Of a stretch of 64,000 bases of DNA, positions 20,056-30,203 are shown piece after piece. The notes beneath the pieces were generated by a model. The model made no database searches and was not told the DNA's origin. It saw only the letters and a program-made list of their open reading frames with translations. The DNA comes from Bacteroidales bacterium (GTDB taxonomy: Bacteria; Bacteroidota; Bacteroidia; Bacteroidales; UBA932). How positions within the stretch are numbered: position 1 is the stretch's first letter; every line of letters starts with the position of its first letter. A program made the translations under genes and the position numbers. The stretch is taken from contig JAFYUS010000048.1 of NCBI GenBank assembly GCA_017549505.1, positions 9,163 through 73,162 on the forward strand, in the 5' to 3' direction.

Positions 20056-20592
20056 ATGCCCAAAGCATCAATAAGAATCATACTCATTTTCATCACGGCA
20101 TGTGCATCCCTGCATCATGCTGATGCGCAATCCAAAGCTGCAGGAGGCTCATTCTCATTTAACGGACCGGCCATATCATACGAACACAATCTTGACAGCG
20201 GCTGTTTTCTGAATGCCGATATCAGAGCTGAACTCGGCAACCATTTCATCGACAGCGACAGGAAACCGGGAGTTTCCGTATCGCTGGTCAGCAATTTCAT
20301 CCTCAAGGAATGGAAATCAGATAACGGCAATCCGGTACGCATTTTTGCCGGTCCCGGAATAACAGCAGGCATGGCACATGACCTACATAAGGAATACGGC
20401 TGTTTCTTCGGCCTCAAAGGAAGGATCGGAATGGAATGTCTTTTCAGCAGGAACATCGCCATATCCCTGAGTTTCAGCCCGATCCTAGGCATGCACATGA
20501 CATTGAAGGACGATTACCTGGTCATGAAATATTACAGGAACGGACTGATAGGTTCAGCCATTCCTGAAATAGGAATCAAATATCTGTTCTGA
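20056..20592 (+). CDS. Secreted hypothetical protein, probable small outer-membrane beta-barrel
   Basis: Signal peptide ending ADA-Q; alternating amphipathic strands; C-terminal IGIKYLF. Confidence 0.6.
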   Translation: MPKASIRIILIFITACASLHHADAQSKAAGGSFSFNGPAISYEHNLDSGCFLNADIRAELGNHFIDSDRKPGVSVSLVSNFILKEWKSDNGNPVRIFAGPGITAGMAHDLHKEYGCFFGLKGRIGMECLFSRNIAISLSFSPILGMHMTLKDDYLVMKYYRNGLIGSAIPEIGIKYLF

Positions 20593-20594
20593 AC

Positions 20595-21206
20595 ATGAAG
20601 AAGTTATGTATCATATTTCTGACCATCCTGCTCCTTCCGGTTACCGGAAGGGCGCAGAATGAATCCGTGCCGAAATTCACTTTCGGCGCGGAATGGGGAT
20701 ACATCGGTGTCTTCTATTCAGGATATCACCATAACTTCTTCGCTCCGGAAGGTTACAGAGTAGACCCTCGCAGTTACAAGTTCATGTATGTCAGCAATGC
20801 AGAAGCTTATCTGCATCTCGGATACAACATTGACGCAAGACACAATATCGCTGCATATGCCGGCATATCAGCCATCGAACGTTACCATCATACTATCCCG
20901 GTATCCATAAGATTCACAAGATATTCCGGAGATGACCATATGAAGGACAGGTGGTTCACATTCATCGATCTGGGAAGCGGCATAAGCATAAAGAAGAATC
21001 CTCAGGCAATCCTGACAGGAAAGTTAGGCTGGGGATACAGGATCTCACTGAGCAGAGATACAAAACTGGATTTCCTGATGTCTTACAGAGCAGTCCTTAC
21101 CCATCCGGATATCTACCATTACGGCGATATGATACCTCACGACAAGGTAAACAGAAACAATGCTTATAACAGTGCGTTATCATTAGGAATAGCACTGACT
21201 TTATGA
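20595..21206 (+). CDS. Secreted hypothetical protein, probable outer-membrane beta-barrel
   Basis: Signal peptide; Gly/aromatic-rich strands (FGAEWGY, GWGYRISL); ends LSLGIALTL. Confidence 0.6.
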   Translation: MKKLCIIFLTILLLPVTGRAQNESVPKFTFGAEWGYIGVFYSGYHHNFFAPEGYRVDPRSYKFMYVSNAEAYLHLGYNIDARHNIAAYAGISAIERYHHTIPVSIRFTRYSGDDHMKDRWFTFIDLGSGISIKKNPQAILTGKLGWGYRISLSRDTKLDFLMSYRAVLTHPDIYHYGDMIPHDKVNRNNAYNSALSLGIALTL

Positions 21207-21227
21207 CAAGATCAAACAACTACTTAT

Positions 21228-21866
21228 ATGGCTATCGGATTCAAACTGAAAAAGACTGAGCGCGTACTCTTCTGCGCCAGCAAATGGTGGGGAGACCCTG
21301 ATTTCCCTGAACAGATGGAATATCCTACTGTAAAGGTGACCGATGAAGACGGAGACACCTTCGATTATCCTCTGACCTTCATATGTCAGATAAACTGCGA
21401 GGACATAGCAGCCTTCGATCCTGAGAACAGACTTCCTCACGAAGGTATGCTTTATTTCTTCGGAGCGATCGATGAATATCTCGGATATGATTCACCGACA
21501 CACAACGGAATGGGCGAGTGGCCGAAAGGGGAGTTTGTAGTGAAGTATGCAAAGAACATCAACTTCGAGACCTTCCAGTCATGTATACTTGTAGACGATG
21601 ATGACCAGCCTCTGACTGAGCCTGAAATGGAGATGGAATTCTTCAGCTGCGAGGACGCGTCGATGAATTCAAGACTCCTTGGAGTCCCTTGTTATGAAGA
21701 TGTAAGGAACGAGTATCCGGGACTTACATCCCTTCTTCACCTCGAAGAGGACGAAGAAATAGGGCTCCGCTTTTATGATTGCGGAACCCTTGATGTATTG
21801 ATTAAGGAGTCTGACCTTAAATTCGGAAACTGGAAGAAGACAAAGGCTTATCTTCACTCATTGTAA
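21228..21866 (+). CDS. YwqG/DUF1963-family protein
   Basis: SKWWGDPDFP, PLTFICQINC, LPHEGMLYFF and FYDCG motifs; acidic protein. Confidence 0.75.
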   Translation: MAIGFKLKKTERVLFCASKWWGDPDFPEQMEYPTVKVTDEDGDTFDYPLTFICQINCEDIAAFDPENRLPHEGMLYFFGAIDEYLGYDSPTHNGMGEWPKGEFVVKYAKNINFETFQSCILVDDDDQPLTEPEMEMEFFSCEDASMNSRLLGVPCYEDVRNEYPGLTSLLHLEEDEEIGLRFYDCGTLDVLIKESDLKFGNWKKTKAYLHSL

Positions 21867-23294
21867 TCAGTCACGGTATCTTCCTTGAGCCTTTCCGAAT
21901 GTGAATGTAAGTCCGAACGTAAGGTTTGTATTCGCACTGTCAATCGGTATAAACTGCGGAGTCACATTCATAAGAGGGAGGAAGGAGTCCAGACCTGCAT
22001 AGAGATTAAGACCAGGTAGGTGGATGTTGACAGCTCCACCTACTGAATTTCCGAAATTGGAAACTGCATAGCTGGCCGCCAGGCTGAAGAAGTTCACTGG
22101 AGCAAGGTTAGCTGAGAGTCTTCCTTCTGTCCATGAATATATTCCATCGATTCTCTGGGTTCCGAGAATACCGAAAGCAAGTCTTTCATAGAAAGGCATC
22201 CTGGCCTCTATACCTGCATGTACAGTAGCAGAAAGAGGATTGGATTTCTTTATACAATCGTCAACCAGCTCCATCTTCAGCATATTTCCAAGGGACTCGC
22301 CGAGCTTGTCGAATTCATCTTCGACTCCGCTGCCTTCTTCAAAACTGATATTCTCAAAGCCACCGAATGACCATTTGCCGCCAGGCATTACAGCAGTGGT
22401 AGTCGAGCTCCAGCCTATGAATCCCAGATCAAGTACAGAAACCGACGCAGTAAAGTACTCCAGAAAATCGAATGTCGCTCCAAGATCGACTGCAAAGCCG
22501 ACGCTTGATTCAGATGCATATTCATTGATATCTTCAATATTTTCTGGGATTTCTATACTTCCAAGATCTATTTCTTTTGTTCCTTTTATAGTACCGACCT
22601 TTACAGGTCCTGAAACCTCGGCGTTTCCATGAGCGGTGACTGCCCACTCCTGTCCGTCCATCTTGAGATTGAGGTCATCGATGAGCACGTCAGCTCTTAC
22701 GACTCCAGCAAGCAGCTTCACTCTTGCACCTACCCTGATCCAGTCCGCGATAGGACGCGAATATCCGTATGCAAGTTCCAGACGTGAATTGGCGCGCACT
22801 CCTATTCTTGAAATATCCCACGAAGTTGCTCCTGCAGAAGAACCTACCTTGACAAATGAGAAGAGATCCTTAGGAAGGGCTGCCGACACATCTGCCTTGA
22901 CTGAAAGATCGATGGTATGGAATGACTTACCCACACGGAATCCTGTAGCTATCAGGCTCTCATTCATGCTGATATTCAGATTGTTGACCTGTTGAATCCT
23001 GTCAAGGAACTGGTCAGCTGATACTGACTTGTTCATGAAGGTAGTCATATTTCCGTTGCCGGTAGGGTAGAGGAAAGTAGAGAGAGCCATGTTGGATTCT
23101 GCTCCGATACCCATGTTTCCGATCATTGGCATGGCGAAGAACGCACGTTCAGGAGCCATGGCCGGATTCATCTTATAATTATATGTATAACCGTCGAGGA
23201 AATATGCAGTCCTGAGGTTCTGCTGTCCGAATGCAGAAATTGATGTAGCTGCGGCAAGGGCAACAAGCATCACGATATATTGTATCCGTTTCAT
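21867..23294 (-). CDS. DUF5723-family outer-membrane protein
   Basis: Signal peptide, YF..G......MNPA, GFAVDLGATF and SVSVLDLGFIGW motifs. Confidence 0.75.
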   Translation of the reverse strand: MKRIQYIVMLVALAAATSISAFGQQNLRTAYFLDGYTYNYKMNPAMAPERAFFAMPMIGNMGIGAESNMALSTFLYPTGNGNMTTFMNKSVSADQFLDRIQQVNNLNISMNESLIATGFRVGKSFHTIDLSVKADVSAALPKDLFSFVKVGSSAGATSWDISRIGVRANSRLELAYGYSRPIADWIRVGARVKLLAGVVRADVLIDDLNLKMDGQEWAVTAHGNAEVSGPVKVGTIKGTKEIDLGSIEIPENIEDINEYASESSVGFAVDLGATFDFLEYFTASVSVLDLGFIGWSSTTTAVMPGGKWSFGGFENISFEEGSGVEDEFDKLGESLGNMLKMELVDDCIKKSNPLSATVHAGIEARMPFYERLAFGILGTQRIDGIYSWTEGRLSANLAPVNFFSLAASYAVSNFGNSVGGAVNIHLPGLNLYAGLDSFLPLMNVTPQFIPIDSANTNLTFGLTFTFGKAQGRYRD

Positions 23295-23301
23295 AGGTCA
23301 A

Positions 23302-25056
23302 CTATTTTTCAGAATTATTAAAAGTAACGCCTTCAGGACAAGTAATCACAAGATCAGTGATCTTGAATCCTTGCTTCTCGTTCAATGCGACTCCTGTAAG
23401 ATCTGAAGGAACTGATGCCTTCATGGTCAATCTGAGTGCATCAAGACTGAAAGAATCTGTGGCACTCGTGATCGAGAGTTCAATATCGCTGACGACAGGG
23501 GAGTTCTGAGTGCCTCCCTTGACCGGAGCACTTACATTAAGTTCCATGTCGTTGACTACAGATCCTTCTGCATCCAATACGACTGCATCAATCGCGAAAT
23601 CCAAAGGAATCGAATTCTCGATCTTGAGGCCAAGCTTGAAGCCTTTGAGTGAAACACCGTCAAAAGATAAAGCGATATCATCGATATCTGTTGTGAACTC
23701 AATCTTCAGATTCTTGTCGAATGCGAGAGGAGCGTATACCTCATACGAAATAGACGCATTGTATTTATCTCCAGAAACGATTGAAACATAATCACTTGAC
23801 GTAGAAGTCAAGGCGATATCATCAAAAGTGACTGTTTCAGGAAGAATGCTTATCAGATTTCCTAATTCAGGAACTACGATATTCACAGCGCCTTGAGGGA
23901 TATCTGTTTCCTTACGTGTAATCTGATAAAAGGCTTCTGTATCTGCAGGAATATCGATCGAAGGGTTTTCGCCAAGCTTGATTTCAACAGAATCATTACC
24001 ACGGGCTGCCTTGATGCCGGCCTTTACTCCAAAAGCAAACGGAGTATGGTTCTTTACGCCGAAATTCAATGACGGGTTGTAAAGGTCAAGGCATACATTT
24101 CCGCCGGTCAAGAATTCAGGGAACTCGCTGATTGACAAAGAAGTACCATTAACTTTCTCATTTATAGCAAGTTTGACTTCTGCAGAAAGAACGTCAAGAT
24201 CTGTCATATCGGCCTTTATGTCCACTACAAGTTCTTCGGGAATGACCTTGAAGTCAGAAGGGGAGAGGTAAAAATCTCCATTTACACTTACCTCGTCATT
24301 CATGACAAGAAGACCCTGAGAAACAGCACCTTGCGGCACATTGATCTTGTCCACTTTAAGCGCAAAAGCAAGAGGGGAGGCTGAAGATATAAGAACATCA
24401 TCCTTTACGACCAATTTATTGCCGGACTGAATCTCAAATCTTGAATCTGTATATCCTGATCCGACAATATGGATGAATTCAGGAAATTCTACAGTGAATC
24501 CTTTCATGAGATGGACAGCACCGGCATTTACAGAGAAGTTCATGTAGATCGAAGCATCAAGAGCAACAGACTTGACATCAACGATCTGTGACGGAAGTTT
24601 AGAATCAATCTCTATATCCATCGACTCATCCAGAGCCTTGCCGGTAACCTTGCTGTAGACTATATTATCAGTCACCAGACCTGGATCCATTCCTGCTGCA
24701 GGCCCGGTATTGAAATGAACTTCAATCGGCTTGGCCTTGATTCCATCAGCAGGAGCTATGCTGAAAGAAGGAACCTCGATTTCAGCTGAAATCTCGCTTC
24801 CAGAAAAAGTGAAGATGAAATCTCCGTCATCATCCTTACGTAAGACAGAATTCTCATCCTGTTCCAGATTCAGGACTTTTTCAATTGTTACAGGTTCAAT
24901 CGAACCCAGAGGCATCGAAACATTCTTGAGAATCGTGATTTCTGTATCAATGTCTTTTGACAAGTCATATTCTTCATTGACACATGCCGATAATGCAGAC
25001 ATTCCCGTCAGAATGATCAGAACGGAATGCCATCTCGAATAATGCAGCATTTTCAT
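23302..25056 (-). CDS. DUF4621-like lipoprotein
   Basis: LSAC-VNEEYDLSKDID lipoprotein start, beta-rich body, APLAF and N.IPL motifs. Start moved to ATG 25056 because a -7 box lies at 25078-25085. Confidence 0.65.
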   Translation of the reverse strand: MKMLHYSRWHSVLIILTGMSALSACVNEEYDLSKDIDTEITILKNVSMPLGSIEPVTIEKVLNLEQDENSVLRKDDDGDFIFTFSGSEISAEIEVPSFSIAPADGIKAKPIEVHFNTGPAAGMDPGLVTDNIVYSKVTGKALDESMDIEIDSKLPSQIVDVKSVALDASIYMNFSVNAGAVHLMKGFTVEFPEFIHIVGSGYTDSRFEIQSGNKLVVKDDVLISSASPLAFALKVDKINVPQGAVSQGLLVMNDEVSVNGDFYLSPSDFKVIPEELVVDIKADMTDLDVLSAEVKLAINEKVNGTSLSISEFPEFLTGGNVCLDLYNPSLNFGVKNHTPFAFGVKAGIKAARGNDSVEIKLGENPSIDIPADTEAFYQITRKETDIPQGAVNIVVPELGNLISILPETVTFDDIALTSTSSDYVSIVSGDKYNASISYEVYAPLAFDKNLKIEFTTDIDDIALSFDGVSLKGFKLGLKIENSIPLDFAIDAVVLDAEGSVVNDMELNVSAPVKGGTQNSPVVSDIELSITSATDSFSLDALRLTMKASVPSDLTGVALNEKQGFKITDLVITCPEGVTFNNSEK

Positions 25057-25143
25057 AACGGTTAAATTTAATTTCAACAAATTTACCATTTTTTATCTAA
25101 ATACCTACTAATCATAGGGGAATATTAAATCACTCATACCCCA

Positions 25144-25171
25144 TGTTAACATAATATAAATTGTATAACAT
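25144..25171 (-). other. Candidate dif (XerCD) site
   Basis: Minus strand reads ATGTTATACAA-TTTATA-TTATGTTAACA (11-6-11). The right arm matches the XerD arm TTATGTTAAAT at 9/11; the spacer matches TGTATA at 5/6. Confidence 0.4.
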
Positions 25172-25240
25172 TAATATCTGAAAGGGGAGAATAAAGAAAA
25201 GTAGTTAATCACGAACACATAACATATTGACTTTCATCAT

Positions 25241-25288
25241 ATTAACTAAAATCACCTGTGACTTTTGACACAGGCGATTTTAGTTAAT
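25241..25288. repeat. 20-bp inverted repeat with 8-bp spacer in a divergent intergenic region
   Basis: ATTAACTAAAATCACCTGTG-acttttga-CACAGGCGATTTTAGTTAAT (1 mismatch). Confidence 0.8.
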
Positions 25289-25485
25289 AGATTGATTATC
25301 AGGAGATACATGTAATTCTATGTATTGAATCAAACATAGAAAATAATCGCTAAAGCCGATTAGGACAAAGGTAAGAAATGTTAAATCCTATAAACTTATA
25401 TTTAACATTATTTTAATGAGTTAAGGTTTTAATTTATTTGCAAAGGGGTTAATTTTGCGCCAAAATAAAATGTAAATTACTAACT

Positions 25486-27222
25486 ATGGGTATTCTTCAA
25501 ATATTTACTCTGCTCGGTGCAATGGGTATGTTCCTTTACGGAATGAACCTCATGAGCTCAGGTCTACAGAAAGCTGCCGGTGACAAGCTCAGAGGCTTTC
25601 TGTCTGCAATGACATCAAACCCGTTCAAGAGAGTCATGACAGGAGTCGGAATCACAGCCCTCATCCAGTCATCTTCAGCTACGACCGTGATGGTCGTAAG
25701 TTTTGTAAATGCCGGACTGCTTACTCTGGTACAGGCAATCGGAGTGATCATGGGTGCAAACATCGGAACCACAATCACAGCTTGGATGGTGTCTCTCCTT
25801 GGCTTCAAGGCTGACATCTCGATTCTTGCAGTTCCACTTATGCTTCTCGGATTCCTTTTCTCAAACTCAAAGAAAAACCAGAACAAGAACATCGGAGAAC
25901 TTATCGTAGGATTCTCCCTCCTGTTCCTCGGCCTTTCATTCATGAAGGAATCGGTTCCGGACCTCAAGCAGACTCCTGAAGTGCTTGAGTTCGTGAAGAT
26001 GTGGTCAGGATACGGCTACTGGTCTGTTCTTATCTTCCTCGGTGTCGGAACAATACTTACCCTGATTCTTCAGTCGTCATCAGCAACAATGGCTATCACT
26101 CTGATCATGCTCAGCATGGGATGGATCCCCTTCCCTATGGCTTGTGCGATGGTTCTTGGCGAGAATATCGGAACGACAATCACAGCTAACATCGCCGCAT
26201 CCGTCGGTAACCCGTCAGCAAAACGTGCAGCGATGTCGCATACCATATTCAATGTATTCGGAGTTATCTGGGCGCTTATTCTCTTCAGACCGTTCCTTGG
26301 CCTTGTAGGCAGAATCATTGAATTCATGGGCTTCCCTAACCCGGCTGCCGCTGATTTTTCGGTAACCGAACCAGACGGAGCGACAGGTACCGCTGCCTTG
26401 TATGGACTCTCAATGCTTCATACTCTCTTCAACACTATCAATACACTGATTCTCGTATGGTTCACAGGTCTTATAGCCAAGTTAGTGACCAAGATGATCA
26501 GGGAGCCTGAAAACAAGGAAGAGAAGCCGTTCAGACTCATGTACATCAATGCAGGTCCGCTTGCAACACCGGAGCTTGCTACAGAACAGGCTATCAAGGA
26601 AATCATCCATTTCGCAAAGATCTCCAGAAACGGCCTTGGATATGCAAGAGCGGCAATCAATGAGACAGAAACTGACAAGTTCGAAGAATTGAGAAGCAAG
26701 CTAGTCAAGTACGAGGAGATATCAGACAGGATCGAATACGAGATAGCTAATTTCCTCAATGCAGTATCGGAAGGAGAGATAAGCGAGAGTACATCATACA
26801 AGATCAAGGCGATGTACAAGATCATCGGTGAACTTGAGTCTCTTGGCGATTCAGGCGAGAGCATCAGCAGGATCCTCTCACGCAGGAATATCCACAACAA
26901 GTCTTTCGATCCTGAGACAATCAAGAAGATCAACGCCATGATCGACCTTGTAGACCATGCATACAGCGTAATGATCGACAATCTCAACATGGCTGAAAAC
27001 TCGACCCTCGAAGAAATTTCAAATGCATATGCTGCTGAAGACAGAATCAATGTTCTGAGAGACAATCTCCGTGAAGAGGAAATCAACAGCCTTGAGAACA
27101 ATCGAAAGAACTACCAGACAAGCGTATACTATATGGATATCGTGTCTGAGCTTGAAAAGATGGGAGACTTCATGATCAATATCTCACAGGCTCTCTACAA
27201 ATGCAAGATTAAAGTTTCATAA
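25486..27222 (+). CDS. Na+/phosphate cotransporter with C-terminal PhoU-like domains
   Basis: Two QSSSAT and GANIGTT/GENIGTT repeats, multiple TM helices, helical C-terminus with ELESLGD and ELEKMGD. Confidence 0.92.
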   Translation: MGILQIFTLLGAMGMFLYGMNLMSSGLQKAAGDKLRGFLSAMTSNPFKRVMTGVGITALIQSSSATTVMVVSFVNAGLLTLVQAIGVIMGANIGTTITAWMVSLLGFKADISILAVPLMLLGFLFSNSKKNQNKNIGELIVGFSLLFLGLSFMKESVPDLKQTPEVLEFVKMWSGYGYWSVLIFLGVGTILTLILQSSSATMAITLIMLSMGWIPFPMACAMVLGENIGTTITANIAASVGNPSAKRAAMSHTIFNVFGVIWALILFRPFLGLVGRIIEFMGFPNPAAADFSVTEPDGATGTAALYGLSMLHTLFNTINTLILVWFTGLIAKLVTKMIREPENKEEKPFRLMYINAGPLATPELATEQAIKEIIHFAKISRNGLGYARAAINETETDKFEELRSKLVKYEEISDRIEYEIANFLNAVSEGEISESTSYKIKAMYKIIGELESLGDSGESISRILSRRNIHNKSFDPETIKKINAMIDLVDHAYSVMIDNLNMAENSTLEEISNAYAAEDRINVLRDNLREEEINSLENNRKNYQTSVYYMDIVSELEKMGDFMINISQALYKCKIKVS

Positions 27223-27246
27223 ATAGCGATAATTTAAGTAATTTTG

Positions 27247-27271
27247 CAGCCCCGGAAACCCGGGGCTGTTT
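27247..27271 (+). terminator. Rho-independent terminator
   Basis: CAGCCCCGG-aaac-CCGGGGCTG followed by TTT. Confidence 0.7.
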
Positions 27272-27283
27272 AATTTTAGATAT

Positions 27284-28690
27284 ATGGCAAGGAAAAAGCA
27301 GGATATCATTTTGGAGAATGTCACCATAGAGGCGGTGGCAGCAGAAGGAAAGGCATTGGCAAGGATAGACGGAACAGTACTTTTCGTACAGTTCGCTGTG
27401 CCTGGAGACATCGTAGATGTGAAGGTGACAAAAAAGAAGAAGAACTATATGGAAGGTTTCATCCTCCGTATGGTAAAGCCTTCGGAGCACCGTCTGGAGC
27501 CTTTCTGCAAACATTTCGGCGTGTGCGGAGGATGCAAATGGCAGCCTCTTCCATACGAAATGCAGCTGCAGGCGAAGCAGCAGCAGGTCTATGACCAGCT
27601 GGTGCGCATCGGCCATCTCGATGTACCGGAAATCTCCCCTATCGTTCCTTCGGATGATACGACATATTATCGTAACAAACTGGAGTTCACTTTCTCTCAG
27701 CGCAGATGGATCTTTGACGACGAGAATGCCGAAGTCCTTTCCGACCAGGAGAAATACGGCCTTGGATTCCATGTCGGCAGATTCTTTGACAAAGTGCTTG
27801 ACATCGACCATTGCTATCTCCAGCCGGAACCGTCTAACGCAATACGTCTCTTCATTAAGAAGTATGCGCTCGAACACGGGCTCACTTTCTTCAATATCCG
27901 CGACCACGTAGGATTTCTCCGCAACATGTTCATCCGCACTACAGAAGCAGGCAATGTAATGCTTATCATATGCTTCTACCATGAGGATTCGGAAGCCCGT
28001 ACCGCCCTGCTTGATGCCGTCGCTGATGCATTCCCGCAGATCACTTCTCTATACTATGTGATCAACGGAAAGGCAAACGACTCGATCTCAGATCAGGATT
28101 GTGTGCTCTACAAGGGTGAAGATGCAATCTATGAATATATGGAAGGCCTGAAGTTCAAGATCGGTCCTAAGTCCTTCTACCAGACAAATACAAAACAGGC
28201 TTACAAGCTTTACAGCGTTGCACGCGAATATGCCGCTCTGACAGGCTCCGAAGTAGTATATGACCTTTACACAGGAACAGGTACAATCGCGCAGTTCGTT
28301 TCCCGTCAGGCATCCAAGGTAATCGGTATCGAATATGTTCCTGAAGCTATTGAAGATGCAAAGATCAATGCTGCCAACAACAACATCACCAACTGCGACT
28401 TCTACGCCGGTGACATGAAGGACATCCTTACCGATGCATTCGTCGAGGAACATGGACGTCCTGATGTAATAATTCTCGATCCTCCGAGAGCAGGTATCCA
28501 TCCGGACGTCGCACAGGTGATTCTGAATGCTGCACCAGACAGAATGGTCTACGTAAGTTGCAATCCGGCGTCACAGGCACGTGACCTTGAGATTCTCTGC
28601 AAGGACTACGTAATCACAGCTGTACGTCCGGTAGACATGTTCCCTCACACCCACCATGTGGAGAACGTCGTAGCGTTAAAGCGTAAATAG
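27284..28690 (+). CDS. rlmD: 23S rRNA (uracil-1939-C5)-methyltransferase
   Basis: TRAM domain, C.HFGVCGGC.WQ Fe-S motif, YRNKLEF, DLYTGTGTI, DPPRAG, YVSCNP and DMFPHTHHVE. Confidence 0.95.
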   Translation: MARKKQDIILENVTIEAVAAEGKALARIDGTVLFVQFAVPGDIVDVKVTKKKKNYMEGFILRMVKPSEHRLEPFCKHFGVCGGCKWQPLPYEMQLQAKQQQVYDQLVRIGHLDVPEISPIVPSDDTTYYRNKLEFTFSQRRWIFDDENAEVLSDQEKYGLGFHVGRFFDKVLDIDHCYLQPEPSNAIRLFIKKYALEHGLTFFNIRDHVGFLRNMFIRTTEAGNVMLIICFYHEDSEARTALLDAVADAFPQITSLYYVINGKANDSISDQDCVLYKGEDAIYEYMEGLKFKIGPKSFYQTNTKQAYKLYSVAREYAALTGSEVVYDLYTGTGTIAQFVSRQASKVIGIEYVPEAIEDAKINAANNNITNCDFYAGDMKDILTDAFVEEHGRPDVIILDPPRAGIHPDVAQVILNAAPDRMVYVSCNPASQARDLEILCKDYVITAVRPVDMFPHTHHVENVVALKRK

Positions 28691-28700
28691 CATTTACTGA

Positions 28701-28774
28701 ACAAAGCATGACCCGTGGTCAACGAAGCAGGAATATTAGGAAAATGCTTCGTCCGACCACGGGTCATGCTTTGT
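28701..28774. repeat. Long hairpin between convergent rlmD and NfeD genes (terminator or MITE-like)
   Basis: Perfect 20-bp arms ACAAAGCATGACCCGTGGTC / GACCACGGGTCATGCTTTGT plus an inner 8-bp stem ACGAAGCA / TGCTTCGT. Confidence 0.8.
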
Positions 28775-28784
28775 ATATCTTTAA

Positions 28785-30113
28785 CTACAGTTTGTCACAA
28801 TAGAGTCGTCCCTGTTCTGCTGAAAGAACTTTCAGGGTTTCACCTTTTGAGGCGAAGCCTCCGAATTTGAGGGTTGCTTCCAGTATGCGTCCGTCGGCGG
28901 TCTTGACCTTGCCTCCTGGACGCATATCTGTAAATACTGTAACAGTCTCACCTACAAGGCTATCAAGTCCTGAAACGACTCCGGTGAATCCATCTTCGGA
29001 CTTCATCTCCTGACGGAGAGCTATGTGGTCGAAAGATCTTGTGGCATATAGTTTCTTTACCAGCCATACGGAACCGAAAACGGCTGCAGCCGCAGAGATT
29101 ATCACTATACCCAGAGGCTGGATTATCGGCTGAAGATTAAGCGTTCCGTCCCAGTTGAACAGTTCGATATTATCCACCATGGCAAAGGCAAGGGACAGTA
29201 CGACTGCTACTATTCCGGTGATGCCGGCTACGCCGAAGCCCGGAAGGACGAATATCTCTATACCTATAAGTATTAAACCGGCAACGAAAAGGAGTATCTC
29301 CCAATAAGAGACCAGATGGCCAAGGTAGCCGGGAGCGAAATAGAGCAAGGCTCCGATTATAGCTGTAACAAGCGGAAGACCAATGCCAGGGGTTCGTATT
29401 TCCACGAAGATACCACCTATGATCATCATCATGAATATCGACTGAAGCAACGGATTCAGAAGCAGCTGGATAAGCTTGTCGAGAAAGGTCATGTCATCCT
29501 CCATGCTCTTGACTACAAACTCTTTATCTCCAGCCATCGCCTGCGCAACGTCATCAACAGTCTCATATATGCCCTCGCAGTAACCTACAGCTATCGCCTC
29601 TGTTGGAGTCATGCTGAGGACATTGGCTGTATCTGTCATCGACTCTGCGATATGAGGATCTCTTCCAGTCGCCTGGGCTGTCGAACGCATCATTCCGCGC
29701 ATGAAGGACTGATATTTGTCCGGCATGACGTTTCCAGTCTGATCGACGACAGTCGCAGCTCCGATGGAGCTGCCTGTCTTCATGTATATGGAGTCACACG
29801 CTATGCTTATCAATGCTCCGGCAGAGGCTGCCTGCATGTTGACATATGCAGCCACAGGCTTGTCATATCTCAGAATGGCCGACCGTATGCTGTCTGCCGC
29901 ATCAACGGCTCCGCCGTATGTATCGAGATCGATCATGACAAAATCAGCTCCTGCCTTGTCGGCCTTCTCAAGGCCAAGGGTTATCAGACGCTGGGCAGAC
30001 TTGTCTATATCACTGTCAAGTCGGATGCGGTATATTACAGTAAGGGAATCAGTGGCAAAAACGCTGATCTGGATCAGAATCAGGGAAATAATCAATGCAA
30101 GCCGTTTCATCAT
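28785..30113 (-). CDS. NfeD-family membrane-bound protease
   Basis: Signal peptide, LDTYGG, AASAGALI, SIGAAT, TM block, C-terminal OB fold (TDMRPGG). Start set at MMKRLAL because a -7 box lies at 30138-30145. Confidence 0.88.
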   Translation of the reverse strand: MMKRLALIISLILIQISVFATDSLTVIYRIRLDSDIDKSAQRLITLGLEKADKAGADFVMIDLDTYGGAVDAADSIRSAILRYDKPVAAYVNMQAASAGALISIACDSIYMKTGSSIGAATVVDQTGNVMPDKYQSFMRGMMRSTAQATGRDPHIAESMTDTANVLSMTPTEAIAVGYCEGIYETVDDVAQAMAGDKEFVVKSMEDDMTFLDKLIQLLLNPLLQSIFMMMIIGGIFVEIRTPGIGLPLVTAIIGALLYFAPGYLGHLVSYWEILLFVAGLILIGIEIFVLPGFGVAGITGIVAVVLSLAFAMVDNIELFNWDGTLNLQPIIQPLGIVIISAAAAVFGSVWLVKKLYATRSFDHIALRQEMKSEDGFTGVVSGLDSLVGETVTVFTDMRPGGKVKTADGRILEATLKFGGFASKGETLKVLSAEQGRLYCDKL

Positions 30114-30203
30114 ATGTTTCAATAAGCAGTTAGCATACAAATTTAACTTATTTCATCATAAATTTATTATTTTTGCGCCCTAATTATTCAAATAGACATC
30201 AAA

